Assembly: GCA_963666215.2 (NCBI GenBank)
Contig: CAXWPL010000004.1
Location: 384,001-448,000 of the forward strand
Direction of reading: 5' to 3'
DNA length: 64,000 nucleotides
DNA from: Acidobacteriota bacterium
GTDB taxonomy: Bacteria; Acidobacteriota; UBA890; WLXD01
Numbering within the stretch: position 1 is the first letter of the stretch; every line of letters begins with the position of its first letter. Shown here piece after piece: positions 1-10,877 of the stretch. Under the pieces are notes generated by a model. That model was given only the letters and a program-made list of their open reading frames with translations, searched no databases and was not told where the DNA came from. Made by a program: the position numbers and the translations under genes.

Positions 1-297
1 GAGATGTTGTTCCAGCTGATGCCCGCGTCTTGGGTCTGCCACACGCCGCCGCCCGAGTAACCGGCGAAGTAGGTCAACGGATCACCGGGCACCCCCGCCA
101 CGGCCGTCGAGCGGCCGCCGCGTTGAAAACCGGTGTGCCGATACTCGAGCCCCTCGAAGAACGTCGGATCGAGCGTGACGTTCGGGTCGTCTGTCGGCTT
201 CCTGCGCAGGAGCCGGGCCGGCGAGCACGAGGCCAATGAGGAGGTCGAGCAGGACAAGAAGATGTGGGTGGGTTCGCTTTTGCTGCAACGATTTCAC
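1..297 (-). CDS. Secreted BNR/VPS10 (sortilin-like) beta-propeller glycosyl hydrolase, 5' part only (runs off window), apparent frameshift after the signal peptide
   Basis: Minus strand reads DPNVTLDPTFFEGLEYRHTGFQRGGRSTAVAGVPGDPLTYFAGYSGGGVWQTQDAGISWNNIS; signal peptide (LLVLLDLLIGLVLAGPAPAQE) is in another frame; GTG at 297 with GGAGG RBS. Confidence 0.7.
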
Positions 298-388
298 GAC
301 GGGCCTCCAGGGGTCAGGCATTGAGCATTTGGACGCTCCGTACATTACATGGGGAGCTTCGCCCCGGGTCGCCCCGGTCAGGCAGTCT

Positions 389-2800
389 TCAAGCCCGTTC
401 CCGTAGCGCCACCAGCGGGTCGATGCGGACCGCGCGTCGAGCCGGGATGAGACTGGCGCTGAGCCCAGCGATCGCCAACACCAGGCCGGCCACGGCAAAC
501 GCGGTGAGATCGAACGTGCTCACGCCGTAGAGGATGCCGGCCATCGAGCGCGCCAGCAGAGCGGCGGCCACAAAGCCGATGCCGACGCCGGCGAGAATCA
601 GCAGCATGCTGTTTCGCACCACGAGGCCCACGGTCTCTCGGTCGTTGGCTCCGAGCGCCATCCGCAGGCCGATCTCACGTGTCCGTTGGGTCACGGAGTA
701 GGAGAACACCCCGTAGATGCCCAGGGCGGCGAGCAGCAGGGCGGCGCCGGCGAACAGCACCAGCAACGTCGTGCTCAGCCGCGGCAGAAACACCGCGCGC
801 GCCAGGATCTGGTCCATGGTGCTGAGGTCGTAGATGGGCTGTGCCGCGTCCACCGCCCAGATCTCGCGCTGGAAGGTGCGGGCAAACGCCATCGGATCGC
901 GCTCGGTGCGCGCCACCAGCGACATCGCGGGAACCGGGTTCTGGCGCAGCGGCAGGTACACCTGCTTCTTCGGTGCGCTATCGAGTCCCTGGTTGTGCAC
1001 GTCGGCGACCACTCCGACCACCTGATTGCGGCCGTGGGGGTTCTCGATGAACTCATCCACCGGGCTGCGGTCGGGGAAGAACAGGCGCGCCATGGTCTCG
1101 TTGATCACGGTGGTACGCGTCTCGCCGGCGCTGTCGCGCTCGTCGAGGAAGCGTCCCTCGAGCAGCGAGATCCTCATGGTCTCGAAGTAGCCGGGCGCAA
1201 CCATCCGCACATCCGCCCGCGGATCCTCGGTCTCGGGCGGCACCCGACCCAACACCGAGAACGGTAGGGCCGACGCCACCGCCACCGGCTGCATGGGCAG
1301 CGTTGAAACGGCCGAGGCGGCGGTCACACCAGGCGCTCCACGGAGGCGCCCAATGACGTCCTCGAAGAACTGCGCGATCTTCGGGCGCTGGTCGTACGTT
1401 GTGGTCGGCAGAAACACCCGCGCCGACACCACGTTGTCGGGCTCGAACCCTGGGTCCACCTGAAGCAGCTTCGTGAAGCTGCGAACCATCAGTCCGGCGC
1501 CCACGAGCAGCACCAGCGCCAGCGCCACCTCGACCACAACGAGGCTGCTCAGGGTGCGCCGTGCCGCGTAGCTCCCGGTGGCGCCAGTCCCCTCGGTGAG
1601 GTTCGCGCGCAGCTGCGAACGTGATGCCTGCAGGGCCGGCAACAAACCGAACGCGATGGCGACGAGAATCGACACCGCTGTCGTGAACAGCAGCACGCCC
1701 GCGTCCAGCGTCACCTCCTCCATCCGCGGCAGCCCGCCCTCGGGAATCGTGATGAGCAGGCGAAGCGAGACTATTGCAACAAGCAAGCCCAAGGCGGCAC
1801 CGCTCACCGACAACAGGATGCTTTCGGCGAGAATCGGCCGCGCCAGCTCCCAGCGCGAGGCGCCGAGCGCGCCGCGGACGGCGAGCTCCTGGCGCCGACC
1901 GGAGAGCCGTGCCAGCAACAGATTGGCCATGTTGGCGCAGACGATCAGCAGCAGAAACGCGACGGCGCCCATCAGAACCATCAGCGCCGGACGCGAGGCG
2001 CTCACGAGCTGTTCGTGCGCTGCGACCGCTCGTGCTCCCCAGCCATCGTTGCTGTTCTGAAACTCGGCCGCAATCCGCGCGGCCAGCACGTTCATCTCTT
2101 GCTGCGACTCGCCGACAGTCGCGTCGGGCGCCAACCGTCCCACAACAACGAGCGTCCGCGAACGACGCGACTGGCCGTGCCGATCGTTCGGGTCGAACGC
2201 CAGCGGAGTCCAGAGCTCCACATCGGTGCTCGTGGGGAACTCGAACCCGGGCGGCATGATGCCGACGATGCTGTACGGCTCCGCGTCGAGATCGATGGTC
2301 GTGCCGATCAGTCCTGCCTGTCCACCCAGTGTGCGCTGCCAGAAGCCGTGGCCCAGCACCGCCACGTGGTCATTGCCGATCACGCCCTCGTCGGCCACGA
2401 AGGTGCGGCCTGAAGCGGCCTCGGCCTCGAGCACGGCGAACAGCTCCGGCGTCGCTCGCACGGCCGACACATCGCGGGGGTCGCCGCTTCCGACAAACGT
2501 GTAGTTGACCAGCCGGTAGGCCGCCAGCGCCTCCAGGCTGCTCGCCTCGTCGCGCCAGTCTTCATAGGTCGGGATCGAGACCTGTTCCAGGCTGCCCTCG
2601 GGGTTGACCTCCCACAGGATCACGACCTCTTCCGGGTCCTGATACGGCAGCGGATTCAGCAGGACGGTCTTGATCACGCTGAAGATCGCGGTGTTCGCGC
2701 CAATGCTCAGCGTGAGCGTCAGCAGCGCAATAACCGTGAACGTCGGCTGGCGAGCCAGCGCACGGAACGCATAGCGAAAATCGGCAATCCAGTTGGCCAT
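389..2800 (-). CDS. ADOP-family duplicated ABC permease (MacB-PCD/FtsX x2), 803 aa
   Basis: DFRYAFRAL..PTFT, LSIGANTAIFS, LLLIVCANMANLLLAR, RTREIGLRMALGA, PARRAVRIDPLVALR. Confidence 0.92.
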   Translation of the reverse strand: MANWIADFRYAFRALARQPTFTVIALLTLTLSIGANTAIFSVIKTVLLNPLPYQDPEEVVILWEVNPEGSLEQVSIPTYEDWRDEASSLEALAAYRLVNYTFVGSGDPRDVSAVRATPELFAVLEAEAASGRTFVADEGVIGNDHVAVLGHGFWQRTLGGQAGLIGTTIDLDAEPYSIVGIMPPGFEFPTSTDVELWTPLAFDPNDRHGQSRRSRTLVVVGRLAPDATVGESQQEMNVLAARIAAEFQNSNDGWGARAVAAHEQLVSASRPALMVLMGAVAFLLLIVCANMANLLLARLSGRRQELAVRGALGASRWELARPILAESILLSVSGAALGLLVAIVSLRLLITIPEGGLPRMEEVTLDAGVLLFTTAVSILVAIAFGLLPALQASRSQLRANLTEGTGATGSYAARRTLSSLVVVEVALALVLLVGAGLMVRSFTKLLQVDPGFEPDNVVSARVFLPTTTYDQRPKIAQFFEDVIGRLRGAPGVTAASAVSTLPMQPVAVASALPFSVLGRVPPETEDPRADVRMVAPGYFETMRISLLEGRFLDERDSAGETRTTVINETMARLFFPDRSPVDEFIENPHGRNQVVGVVADVHNQGLDSAPKKQVYLPLRQNPVPAMSLVARTERDPMAFARTFQREIWAVDAAQPIYDLSTMDQILARAVFLPRLSTTLLVLFAGAALLLAALGIYGVFSYSVTQRTREIGLRMALGANDRETVGLVVRNSMLLILAGVGIGFVAAALLARSMAGILYGVSTFDLTAFAVAGLVLAIAGLSASLIPARRAVRIDPLVALRERA

Positions 2801-3108
2801 CGAGTCTCCACGTGGCTAGCACCGAGGTTGTTCGGTGCCACTCGCCCTCGGAGTTCTATCACGCCCGCATCTCGAGGCGGCCGTCCCGCTCCGTGGCGTG
2901 GGCCATGCCACAGGGCGAGCGCTCGAGTCCCTATGGGGCCATCACCTGTGTACCAGGCGACTGCCCCGACAACCTTCATTTTCTTCCTGCTATCCTCCGT
3001 AGCTGATTTGCAGTCGTCACGATCCCCTGGTCGCGGAACGCATGAGCACCCTGTACCTGGTCCCGGGGCGCAGTCGTGCCCGTGGTCTGAAAGGAAAGTG
3101 ACCGACCG

Positions 3109-5469
3109 GTGACGCGACCTCTGACGTACGGAACCTCCGCATCGCCGCGCCGACCGCGGGCGGTTCCGCCCGACTTCGCGAAAGCCCTGCACCGGGACGG
3201 ATTCACCCTCGGCCACTGGCGGGTCGAGCCGCGACGCAACCGCATCGTCGCCGACGACGCGGACAAGACCGTCGATCCCAGGCTGATCGACCTGATCGTG
3301 TGTCTCGCCTCCAGGCCTGGAGAGGTGGTCGGCAAAGACGAGTTGCTGGAGATCGTCTGGCAGGGCGTCTCGGTCACCGACAACACGCTGTCGCAGGCGA
3401 TCTCGCGGTTGCGCAAGGCTCTCGTCGACAGCCACCAGGAGCCGAGCTACATCGAGACGATCTCGAAATCGGGCTACAGGCTCGTTGCCGAAGTCCGCTG
3501 GCTCGGTGAGGACGCCGCGCCCCGCCCGGTTGTGGACATGCCGGCGGACCACGCCCACGGGACCGAGACACGGGACGAGCCTCACTCGGCTAATTCGGCT
3601 AATACGGTGAATCCGGTGAGCCCGACAAGCTGGACTCTCCGCCCGATCGGGCTGCTGGCGATCACCGCCGCGCTGCTGGTCGCGGCGGGCCTGGCCTGGA
3701 TGACGCTGCGATTTTCTGGGACGCCGGCGACACCAATGTCGTCGTTGCCAGCGCCGGAAGTATTCCCGGAGTCGACGCTGATCGGCAACCAGTTCGAGCC
3801 CTCGATCTCGCCCGACGGCGAGCGGCTGGTGTTCGCCTGGCTCGGACACGACCGATCGGGGTGGGACATCTGGATTCAGCAGGTCGGCGGAGACGGGCCG
3901 GTGCGCCTGACCGACGACGCAGCGAGCGAACGGGCCCCGGCATAGTCGCCCGACGGGCAGTCCGTCGCCTTCGCTCGCTTCTCGGAAGACGATGGCAGCT
4001 GCGGGATCTTCCGCATTGCCGCCGTCGGCGGAAGCGCCGACCGCATCGGCGACTGCATCGCCGGGATGCGCTCCCTGGACTGGTCGCCCGACGGGCGCAC
4101 ACTGGTTACGAGTGGGAACGACGGCGACGGCGATCAGGGCGGCGAGGCGGTGTTTCTGATCGACATCGAGACCGGCGCGGCGCGCAAGCTGACGAATCCT
4201 GCTGGCTCTTCCGATTCTTCAGATCTGGCCTACGGATTCGCCGCGGACCGCGGCCCGCGGTTCTCCCCAGATGGAAGCCACGTAGCGTTCTTGCGAGTCG
4301 TCACCGAGTCGCGCCACGACGTGATGATCACTTCGACGTCGGGGCCACCGGGCAGCGCCCGTGCGTTGAGCCACGACGCCTGGGGACAGGTTCGCGGCGT
4401 CGAGTGGACTCGGGACGGTGGGTCCGTGCTCTTCTCGTCCAATCGCATCGGACGGTTCACCCTCTGGCGGGTGGCGCTGGCTGGAGGCGACCCCGAGCGC
4501 GTTCCGATCCAGGACGACTGGGTCACCCAACCGAGCGTCGCCAACAACGCCAACCGCCTCATTTATCGGACGTTCCGCGACTCCGTAGACCTGTGGGAGC
4601 TTCCGCTCGACGCCGACGGGCAGGTGGCGGGCGAACCGAGTCGCCGAATGGGCTCGACCCGCAGCGAGCGCCAGCCGGTTTGGTCGGCCGACGGGGCGCG
4701 CATCGCGTTCCTGTCGGATCGAACGGGCTCGCTCGAGCTCTGGTCGGGCGCACCGAACGGCGACCAGCTCCTGCGTCACACCGAATTGAACGGACCGCTC
4801 CCAGGCTCACCGGCCTGGTCGCCCGACGGCACACAGCTGGTGTTCGACGCCGCGGTGCACGGGCACTCCGACCTGTGGGGCGTGGCGGCGGACAGTCGCA
4901 GGCCCGTGCGCCTGACGACCGATGCCTCCGAGGAACGGAACCCGACGTTCTCGCGGAACGGCCAGTCGATCTACTTCGGCTCGAATCGAAGTGGAGACTG
5001 GGAGGTGTGGCGCATGCCGGCCGCCGGCGGCGTTGCCGAGCGGGTGACCAGCGGCGGCGGATTCCTCGCCCATGAATCGGCCTCGTCCTCGTCCTCGTCC
5101 TCGTCTTCGTCACAGGGGCGGGATTCGTTGTTCTACGTGAAGCTCGATGAGCCCGGTATCTGGCGCATGCCGCTCGCCGGTGACGGTGGCCCGCCGGAGC
5201 TCGTGCTTGCAGGGCCAGGCATCGCGGACTGGGGCAGCTGGGTTGTTGACGATCGTGGTCTCTGGTTCGTGACCCATAACCCGACGACGATCTCCTTCCT
5301 GGATTTCGAATCGGACGCGGCCGAGCCGCGGGTTGTCTACACACCGTCCAAGCAGGTGCCCTACTTTGGTCGAGTGATCTCGCTGTCGAGCGACGGCCGG
5401 GCGTTGCTGTTCTCGATGATCGACCACAGCGACGACGAGATCATGCGAGTCGAGCTCGAGGGGATCTGA
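3109..5469 (+). pseudogene. Transmembrane one-component regulator: OmpR/CadC winged-HTH + TM + PD40/TolB beta-propeller; in-frame TAG at 3943-3945
   Basis: VVGKDELLEIVWQGVSVTDNTLSQAISRLRKAL..YIETISKSGYRL; repeated (W/F)SPDG; ORFs 3109-3945 and 4066-5469 share a frame, and RAPA*SPDG corresponds to AWSPDG. Confidence 0.85.
5077..5112 (+). repeat. (TCGTCC)n microsatellite encoding poly-Ser
   Basis: tcggcc tcgtcc tcgtcc tcgtcc tcgtct tcgtca. Confidence 0.8.
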
Positions 5470-5700
5470 TCCCTTCGGCCCGAAATCGGCCGGAGCAAGC
5501 TGGCAGCCTGCGCGAAGCGCCCTTCGGTGGCTCGCAAGACCAACGGTCGGTGGCGCCGCGTAGTGGTCGAGCGCGCCGATGACCGGCGCGCGATCTTCGG
5601 TCCCGTCGAGCTAGGCTATCTAGCAGTGACATCGCCATGCGTTGCCCGATTGACGACGGGATCCAGCGCGATTCAAGACCACGATCGAAAGGAGCGGACC

Positions 5701-5790
5701 GTGATACTTCCAGACAGATTCAAGCGCCCATTCCAGATCACTCTCGTGATTCTGGTGCTTGCAGTGCTTGCCTACAGATACTTCGGCTGA
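5701..5790 (+). CDS. Putative 29-aa single-TM small protein
   Basis: AAGGAG RBS 6 nt before GTG; MILPDRFKRPFQITLVILVLAVLAYRYFG. Confidence 0.5.
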   Translation: MILPDRFKRPFQITLVILVLAVLAYRYFG

Positions 5791-5834
5791 CCCTGATCTC
5801 AGCGCGGCACATGCTCGCGGGCTACGCCGACCCT

Positions 5835-6290
5835 TCATTCCCCGTGATCAGGGGCGAGCCAGTAGCGAGGCCCGGGTCCGGAGCGAGCCGCGCGGTCATC
5901 GGGGTTGGAGAAGCGGCAGCTCTCGAGCGACAGGCAGCCGCAACCGATGCACTGCGTGAGGCCGTCCTCGAGGCGCTCGAGCTCGGCGATGCGGGCGCGA
6001 ATCCTCGCCTTCCACGGGCCCATCAAACGCGACCAGTCGTCGCTCGTCGGCTCACGGCCATCCCGCCCATCCGGCAGCTTGGCGAGCTCGACGCCGATCT
6101 CGTCGAGCGTCAGCCCGACGCGCTGGGCGTAGACGATGAAGGCGATGCGCCGCAGTACGGCGCGCGGAAAGCGGCGATGACCGGTACCGCTACGTACCGA
6201 GGTAATGAGCCCGCGTTCCTCGTAGTAGCGCAGCGCTGATGCGGCCACGCCGCTGCGTCTAGCGACCTCACTGATGGTGACGAGTGCCAT
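5835..6290 (-). CDS. soxR: Redox-sensitive [2Fe-2S] transcriptional activator SoxR
   Basis: MerR HTH (ISEVARRSGVAASALRYYEERGLI) and CIGCGCLSLESC cluster motif. Confidence 0.95.
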   Translation of the reverse strand: MALVTISEVARRSGVAASALRYYEERGLITSVRSGTGHRRFPRAVLRRIAFIVYAQRVGLTLDEIGVELAKLPDGRDGREPTSDDWSRLMGPWKARIRARIAELERLEDGLTQCIGCGCLSLESCRFSNPDDRAARSGPGPRYWLAPDHGE

Positions 6291-6315
6291 GTCGACAATA
6301 GATCACATTTTCCTC

Positions 6316-6346
6316 TTGACTTCAAGTTCACTTTAACTTCTATTGT
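6316..6346 (+). promoter_or_regulatory. MerR-type promoter with 19-bp spacer containing a SoxR box
   Basis: -35 TTGACT (6316-6321), 19-bp spacer, -10 TATTGT (6341-6346); box CTTCAAGTTCACTTTAAC matches 13/18 of consensus CCTCAAGTTAACTTGAGG. Confidence 0.85.
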
Positions 6347-6411
6347 GGTCTCGAAGTCACCAACCCACCTGCGGCGGAGGCCGCCCGTCACATCAACCAG
6401 GAGTGAACGCC

Positions 6412-7137
6412 ATGACCGAGCGGACGATCGAACCCTCGAGCCTCGGCGGCCTGCGCGTCGTCGTTACCGGCGGCACCTCGGGCCTCGGGCTGGCGCTCGT
6501 TGAAGCGCTGTGCGGCCGTGGTGCAGAGGTCGCCTTTGTGGCGCGCAGCGAGCGCCGAGTGCAGGAGGTCGCGGCGCGGATACCGGGAGCGCACGGTATC
6601 GACGGAGACATCTCGCGAAAGGACGACACCCACGCCCTGGCGATGCGCATCACCGGCGTGCTCGGCGGGCTCGACGTCTTGATACACAACGCGTCGAGCC
6701 TCGGACCGGTGCCGCTGGCTCTGCTGGCCGACACCGAGTGCGAAGAGCTCGAGCTTGCCCTGGCCACCAATCTGGTCGGCCCGTTTCGGCTGACCAAAGC
6801 GTTGCTCGGCGCCCTCGCCGCCGCCGCGCGAGAAGGAAGGCCGGCGCTGGTGGTTCACATCACGAGCGATGCTGCCGTAACACCCTACCCAGGCTGGGGT
6901 GCGTACGGCGCGAGCAAGGCGGCCCTGCTCCACATGAGCCGCATCTGGAACGAGGAACTGCGCGAGCACGGCGTGGGCGTGGTCGATTTCGACCCTGGCG
7001 ACATGGACACGCCGCTGCACGAGCTCGCGGTCCCCGAAGCCAATCGCGCAACGCTCACGCAACCGAGCGAGTCGGCCGCGGAGCTCGTTGAGCTGATCTC
7101 CGTGGCGATCCGTGAATGTGACGAGGTGGCAGCGTGA
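6412..7137 (+). CDS. SDR family NAD(P)-dependent oxidoreductase
   Basis: TGGTSGLG, HNAS, YGASK. Confidence 0.92.
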   Translation: MTERTIEPSSLGGLRVVVTGGTSGLGLALVEALCGRGAEVAFVARSERRVQEVAARIPGAHGIDGDISRKDDTHALAMRITGVLGGLDVLIHNASSLGPVPLALLADTECEELELALATNLVGPFRLTKALLGALAAAAREGRPALVVHITSDAAVTPYPGWGAYGASKAALLHMSRIWNEELREHGVGVVDFDPGDMDTPLHELAVPEANRATLTQPSESAAELVELISVAIRECDEVAA

Positions 7138-8235
7138 TTGCCGCCACCTCGACCGCACATCGGCCGGCCGCCGCCAAGCTGCTGGTCGTCGACGCCAGCG
7201 GCGGGATGGTGCACACCGACCGCGAGGCGATTGTCGAGCACCTCCGCCCCGGCGATCTGTTGCTCGGCAACGACGCGGCAACGATCCCGGCCAGCCTCCG
7301 CGGCATCCACGAACCGAGCGGTGAAGAGATCGAGATCCGGCTCGCGGGCCGCCGCTCGCTCGCCTTCGACGACCTCCGCGAGGTCGCTGCCGTTGCCTTC
7401 GGCCGCGGCGACTACCGCACGCTCACCGAGCTCCGGCCGCTGCCGCCGGAGCTCGCTCCGGGCGACCGTCTGTTGCTCGGCCCCCTCAGCGCTACGGTCC
7501 TGCGATCGCTCGGGCATCCGCGGCTACTGGCGCTCGCCTTCGCCGGTACAGCCGAGCAGATCTGGGCCGGGATTGGTGTCCACGGACGACCGATTCAGTT
7601 ATGCCCACGTGCGCGAGCCCCTGGCGCTGTGGGATGTATGGACCCGGGTAGCGTCGCTGGTTGTTTCCTTCGAGCCGCCCTCGGCGGGGTTTCTTCTCGA
7701 CTGGAGACTGCTGGCCAGGTTGCGGCAGAAGGGAATCGGATTCGCCACACTGACGCACGCCGCTGGTCTGTCGTCCACCGGCGACGCCGCACTCGACCGC
7801 AGGCTGCCTTTGGACGAGCCTTACCGGATACCGGAGAGCACGGTGCGAGCCATTCAACGAATCCGGACCCAGACCGGCGCCGAGGCCGGGCGCGTCATCG
7901 CTCTCGGCACCACCGTGAGCCGCGCCGTGGAGCACGCGACTTCGGGTGGCGAGCTTCGAGCCGGCAGCGGCGTCGCCACGCAACGGATCGGTTCCACGAC
8001 CCGGCTTCGCGTCATCGACGCCATCGTCAGCGGCGTCCACCAGCCGGGCGAGAGCCACTACGAGCTTCTCCGCGCCTTCGCCAGCGACGCGGTCCTGCAG
8101 CAGATGAGCACAGCGGTTGAAGCGCACGACTACCGGACGCACGAGTTCGGCGATTCGGTCTTCCTGGAGCGCCAGCGGCCAAGATCGATACCACTTGCGC
8201 ATTCCCTCGCGACCTCGCTGGTCACGACGACCTAG
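7134..8235 (+). CDS. QueA-like S-adenosylmethionine:tRNA ribosyltransferase-isomerase family protein, frameshift near 7599
   Basis: LRPGDLLLGNDAATIPASL, PIQ/YAHV, EPPSAG, LTHAAGLSS, IALGTTVSRAVE, YRTHEFGDS; extra T in cagttatgcc. Confidence 0.85.
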
Positions 8236-8771
8236 CGTGCTGCTTCACGCAGCGATGCCGGAGCGGAGATCTCGCGCACATGCCCGTCGGTGATGTCGTA
8301 GACGTAGCCAGAAACAACGAGATCGTCGGGTAGAGTCGGCGCCGCTCGGAGCCGCTCGAGGTCCTCGGCCAACGCGGCCTGTGGGTCGGTGATGGCGAGC
8401 CTTTCGATCGGCGCCTCGCCGGTCCCCGCGACTCGACCCAGCCTCTGTCTCACCTCGGGGTTGGCGAAGCGGCTTGCCGCGCAACCAGTGTGATGGATAA
8501 CGACCACTTCCGGCGCAGCGCCCCCGACGACAACGGACAACGCTCGCATGATCGCGATGTGTTCGATGATCTCGTCGGTGACTCGCCCACCGATGCTGCG
8601 CATCACAACCGCGTCGCCGAGCTCGAGACCGAGAAAATGTGCCGGGTCCACTCGAGCGTCGAGGCAGGTCACGATCAGCATCGACAGACGCGGCAGGAAG
8701 GGCAAGTTTCCCTGGTTGAAGATGCTGGCGAAGTGCTGGTTGCGTTCGAGAAGGACTTGCATATTGGGCAT
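8232..8771 (-). CDS. Beta-class carbonic anhydrase
   Basis: TCLDARVDP and HHTGC zinc motifs; GYVYDITDG. Confidence 0.9.
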   Translation of the reverse strand: MPNMQVLLERNQHFASIFNQGNLPFLPRLSMLIVTCLDARVDPAHFLGLELGDAVVMRSIGGRVTDEIIEHIAIMRALSVVVGGAAPEVVVIHHTGCAASRFANPEVRQRLGRVAGTGEAPIERLAITDPQAALAEDLERLRAAPTLPDDLVVSGYVYDITDGHVREISAPASLREAAR

Positions 8772-8837
8772 TAGAAAGATCCCGGCTTCTGAGCCCATGG
8801 GCCGATGAGCTTCAGTTGTAACGAAACATCGCTGTAT

Positions 8838-10289
8838 TCAGAGGTGGAAACGCTGCTCATGCTCCGCGGAAACCCGCAGCGGCTTCTTGTCTATCGGAAG
8901 TCGACGTTCAGCGCTCGCGAGGACTTCAGATGTGTACTCGCCGCCGGGAGACGGCATATAGAAGAAGTACTCCAGAACGAAGTGGTGATACGGCGCCAGC
9001 GGGATGTCCTTCGACCAGTCGGGGCCTAACGAGCCAATCCTGGGGCCGAAGTAGGTCTCATCGGAGCGCGCGCGTGCGCCCTTCAACTGGCCGTGGGCGT
9101 CGATCGTCAGGTGGGTCTGGCGCGGCTCGAAGCCAGCCGAGTACGCCGGGAAGTCGTTCTTGGGCTGCATCATGTGGAGCTGATTGTCCCTGAGAATGAT
9201 CCCGGCCTCGGCAAACTTCTCTTCGTAGCTCTGAATGATCTCCCCCGCCGTGAGTCCGGCTCGGATCGTCTCTGCCAGGATCTTGTCGACCTTCAGGTAC
9301 TCGGCCCAGAGCTTCTTGATCTCGGCGGGCGGTTCCGTTTCGCCGTCGCGGAGCACGTACGCGTACATCCCCAGGTGTGGCACGGCAACGATGTCACCGC
9401 CCTCGAGGACAGCGTTTTCCCAGCCCGCGCTGCGTCCCCTCTGCGAGAGCCCGGTGCTCATGCGGCGGAAGACGGTGCCTTCCCAATTCTCCCGAGCCTT
9501 GGTTACGCCTGGGACCATCGCCGCGAACACCTTCTCCATGGCCGCGATCTCGTCGGCGCGCATCCTCTTCAGTAGCTCGACCTCTCTCGGGACCTTGTAG
9601 CGCGTGTAGTCCATGATCACGTACTCCGACGACACCAGCCGGCCGGCGTATTTCGGGCCGAGCTCCTCGCTCAGCAGGAGATAGTCGGTGTGCGAGATGC
9701 CGTCGGGGTCGCCTCTGTAGGTCACCCAGGGGCCGAGATTGCGTATGTAGTTGACGGCGATGCGCTGCGGATCGCGCGCCTCGACGAACTGTCGTAGGCC
9801 CTTGAAGCGGTAGTCGTATTCCGTCATCGGACCACCCACCGGCTCCTGCACACGAACCGGGTCGCCGATGATGTCGTAGGCGCCGCTCTCCTCGACGAGC
9901 CGGTAGTTCGAGCCTTCCCTCTCGCGCTGAGTGTCGCCCCAGCGACGCCCGAGAATCGCCCGCTCGATTCGGTCGCCTCCCCTATCGGTGAAGACGAACA
10001 CGCCGGAGGTGCTGCCCAGCTCCTGGGCGCCGAACGGATCGCGTATCGCATCTCGCATCTCGTGGATCCACATGTCGACTCCGCGCTCCCGCATCACCTG
10101 CGGCAGCACGATGTCGAACTTGTCGCGGCGGATCTGGTTGTTCTCCTCGGCGAACATCGAGGGGTTCGGGTGTTCTCCTTGCGCGTCGGCCGGGATGGGT
10201 AAGCCAGCAAGACACGCCAGCACGACCGCGCAGAGTAAGCCCCACCAAACCCTGTGGAAGCGGGAAGAACCGGAGCGAGCCTCGTTCAT
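8838..10289 (-). CDS. Secreted M24 (Xaa-Pro aminopeptidase-like) family protein, divergent; C-terminus looks replaced
   Basis: Signal peptide; VLPQVMRERGVDMWI, DPQRIAVN, DGISHTDY, AYVLRDGETEPP; paralog of 26936-28310. Confidence 0.7.
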   Translation of the reverse strand: MNEARSGSSRFHRVWWGLLCAVVLACLAGLPIPADAQGEHPNPSMFAEENNQIRRDKFDIVLPQVMRERGVDMWIHEMRDAIRDPFGAQELGSTSGVFVFTDRGGDRIERAILGRRWGDTQREREGSNYRLVEESGAYDIIGDPVRVQEPVGGPMTEYDYRFKGLRQFVEARDPQRIAVNYIRNLGPWVTYRGDPDGISHTDYLLLSEELGPKYAGRLVSSEYVIMDYTRYKVPREVELLKRMRADEIAAMEKVFAAMVPGVTKARENWEGTVFRRMSTGLSQRGRSAGWENAVLEGGDIVAVPHLGMYAYVLRDGETEPPAEIKKLWAEYLKVDKILAETIRAGLTAGEIIQSYEEKFAEAGIILRDNQLHMMQPKNDFPAYSAGFEPRQTHLTIDAHGQLKGARARSDETYFGPRIGSLGPDWSKDIPLAPYHHFVLEYFFYMPSPGGEYTSEVLASAERRLPIDKKPLRVSAEHEQRFHL

Positions 10290-10370
10290 GCTGACCTCCT
10301 GCTTGCGGAATCGACCCGGCAATCGTACGCGCGGATTCTCGAGAACGACAATCGCGGCTCCTGGTGACCG

Positions 10371-10841
10371 CTAGCGGCGCGTTCGCGACGACCAGTGGAT
10401 GGCCTTGATCTTCCAGGTGCCGTGCTCGCGCGCGAGCACCACGAGCTCGGCGCCCTGCGAGTTGATCTCGCGGTCGCCCATTTGGCCTTCGGTAACGCTG
10501 GTCGAGTGCGCCCACGCCACATCGCCCAACACGCTGACCTCAATCTCGCCACGCTCGCGGGGCACCGCCTGGGCAAAGCGCATGTCGCCAGCGAGGTGAC
10601 CCGACGCGTAGTGCTCCTTGTTCTCCACTCCGCCACTCTCGAGGATGGTCACGTCGTCGGCAAGATGGGCAAGAGCACCTTCAGCATCGCCTGCCGCGAG
10701 GGCGCCGTGGTAGGCATCGATCACCGCCACGACCTGTTCCTCACCACTCTGGTGGGTCTGCTGAGCGTCGGCACCTGCAGCCAGAAGGGTGATCAATACC
10801 CCACTCACCAGGGTCAGCGTTCGCTTGTATTTCGTTTTCAT
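10371..10841 (-). CDS. Secreted NTF2/SnoaL-like (DUF4440) protein
   Basis: AYHGALAAGDAEGALAHLADD..GDVAWA..WKIKAIHWSS. Confidence 0.85.
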   Translation of the reverse strand: MKTKYKRTLTLVSGVLITLLAAGADAQQTHQSGEEQVVAVIDAYHGALAAGDAEGALAHLADDVTILESGGVENKEHYASGHLAGDMRFAQAVPRERGEIEVSVLGDVAWAHSTSVTEGQMGDREINSQGAELVVLAREHGTWKIKAIHWSSRTRR

Positions 10842-10877
10842 GGACTCTCCTGCCAATGGACGACGTCGCTTGGTTCC

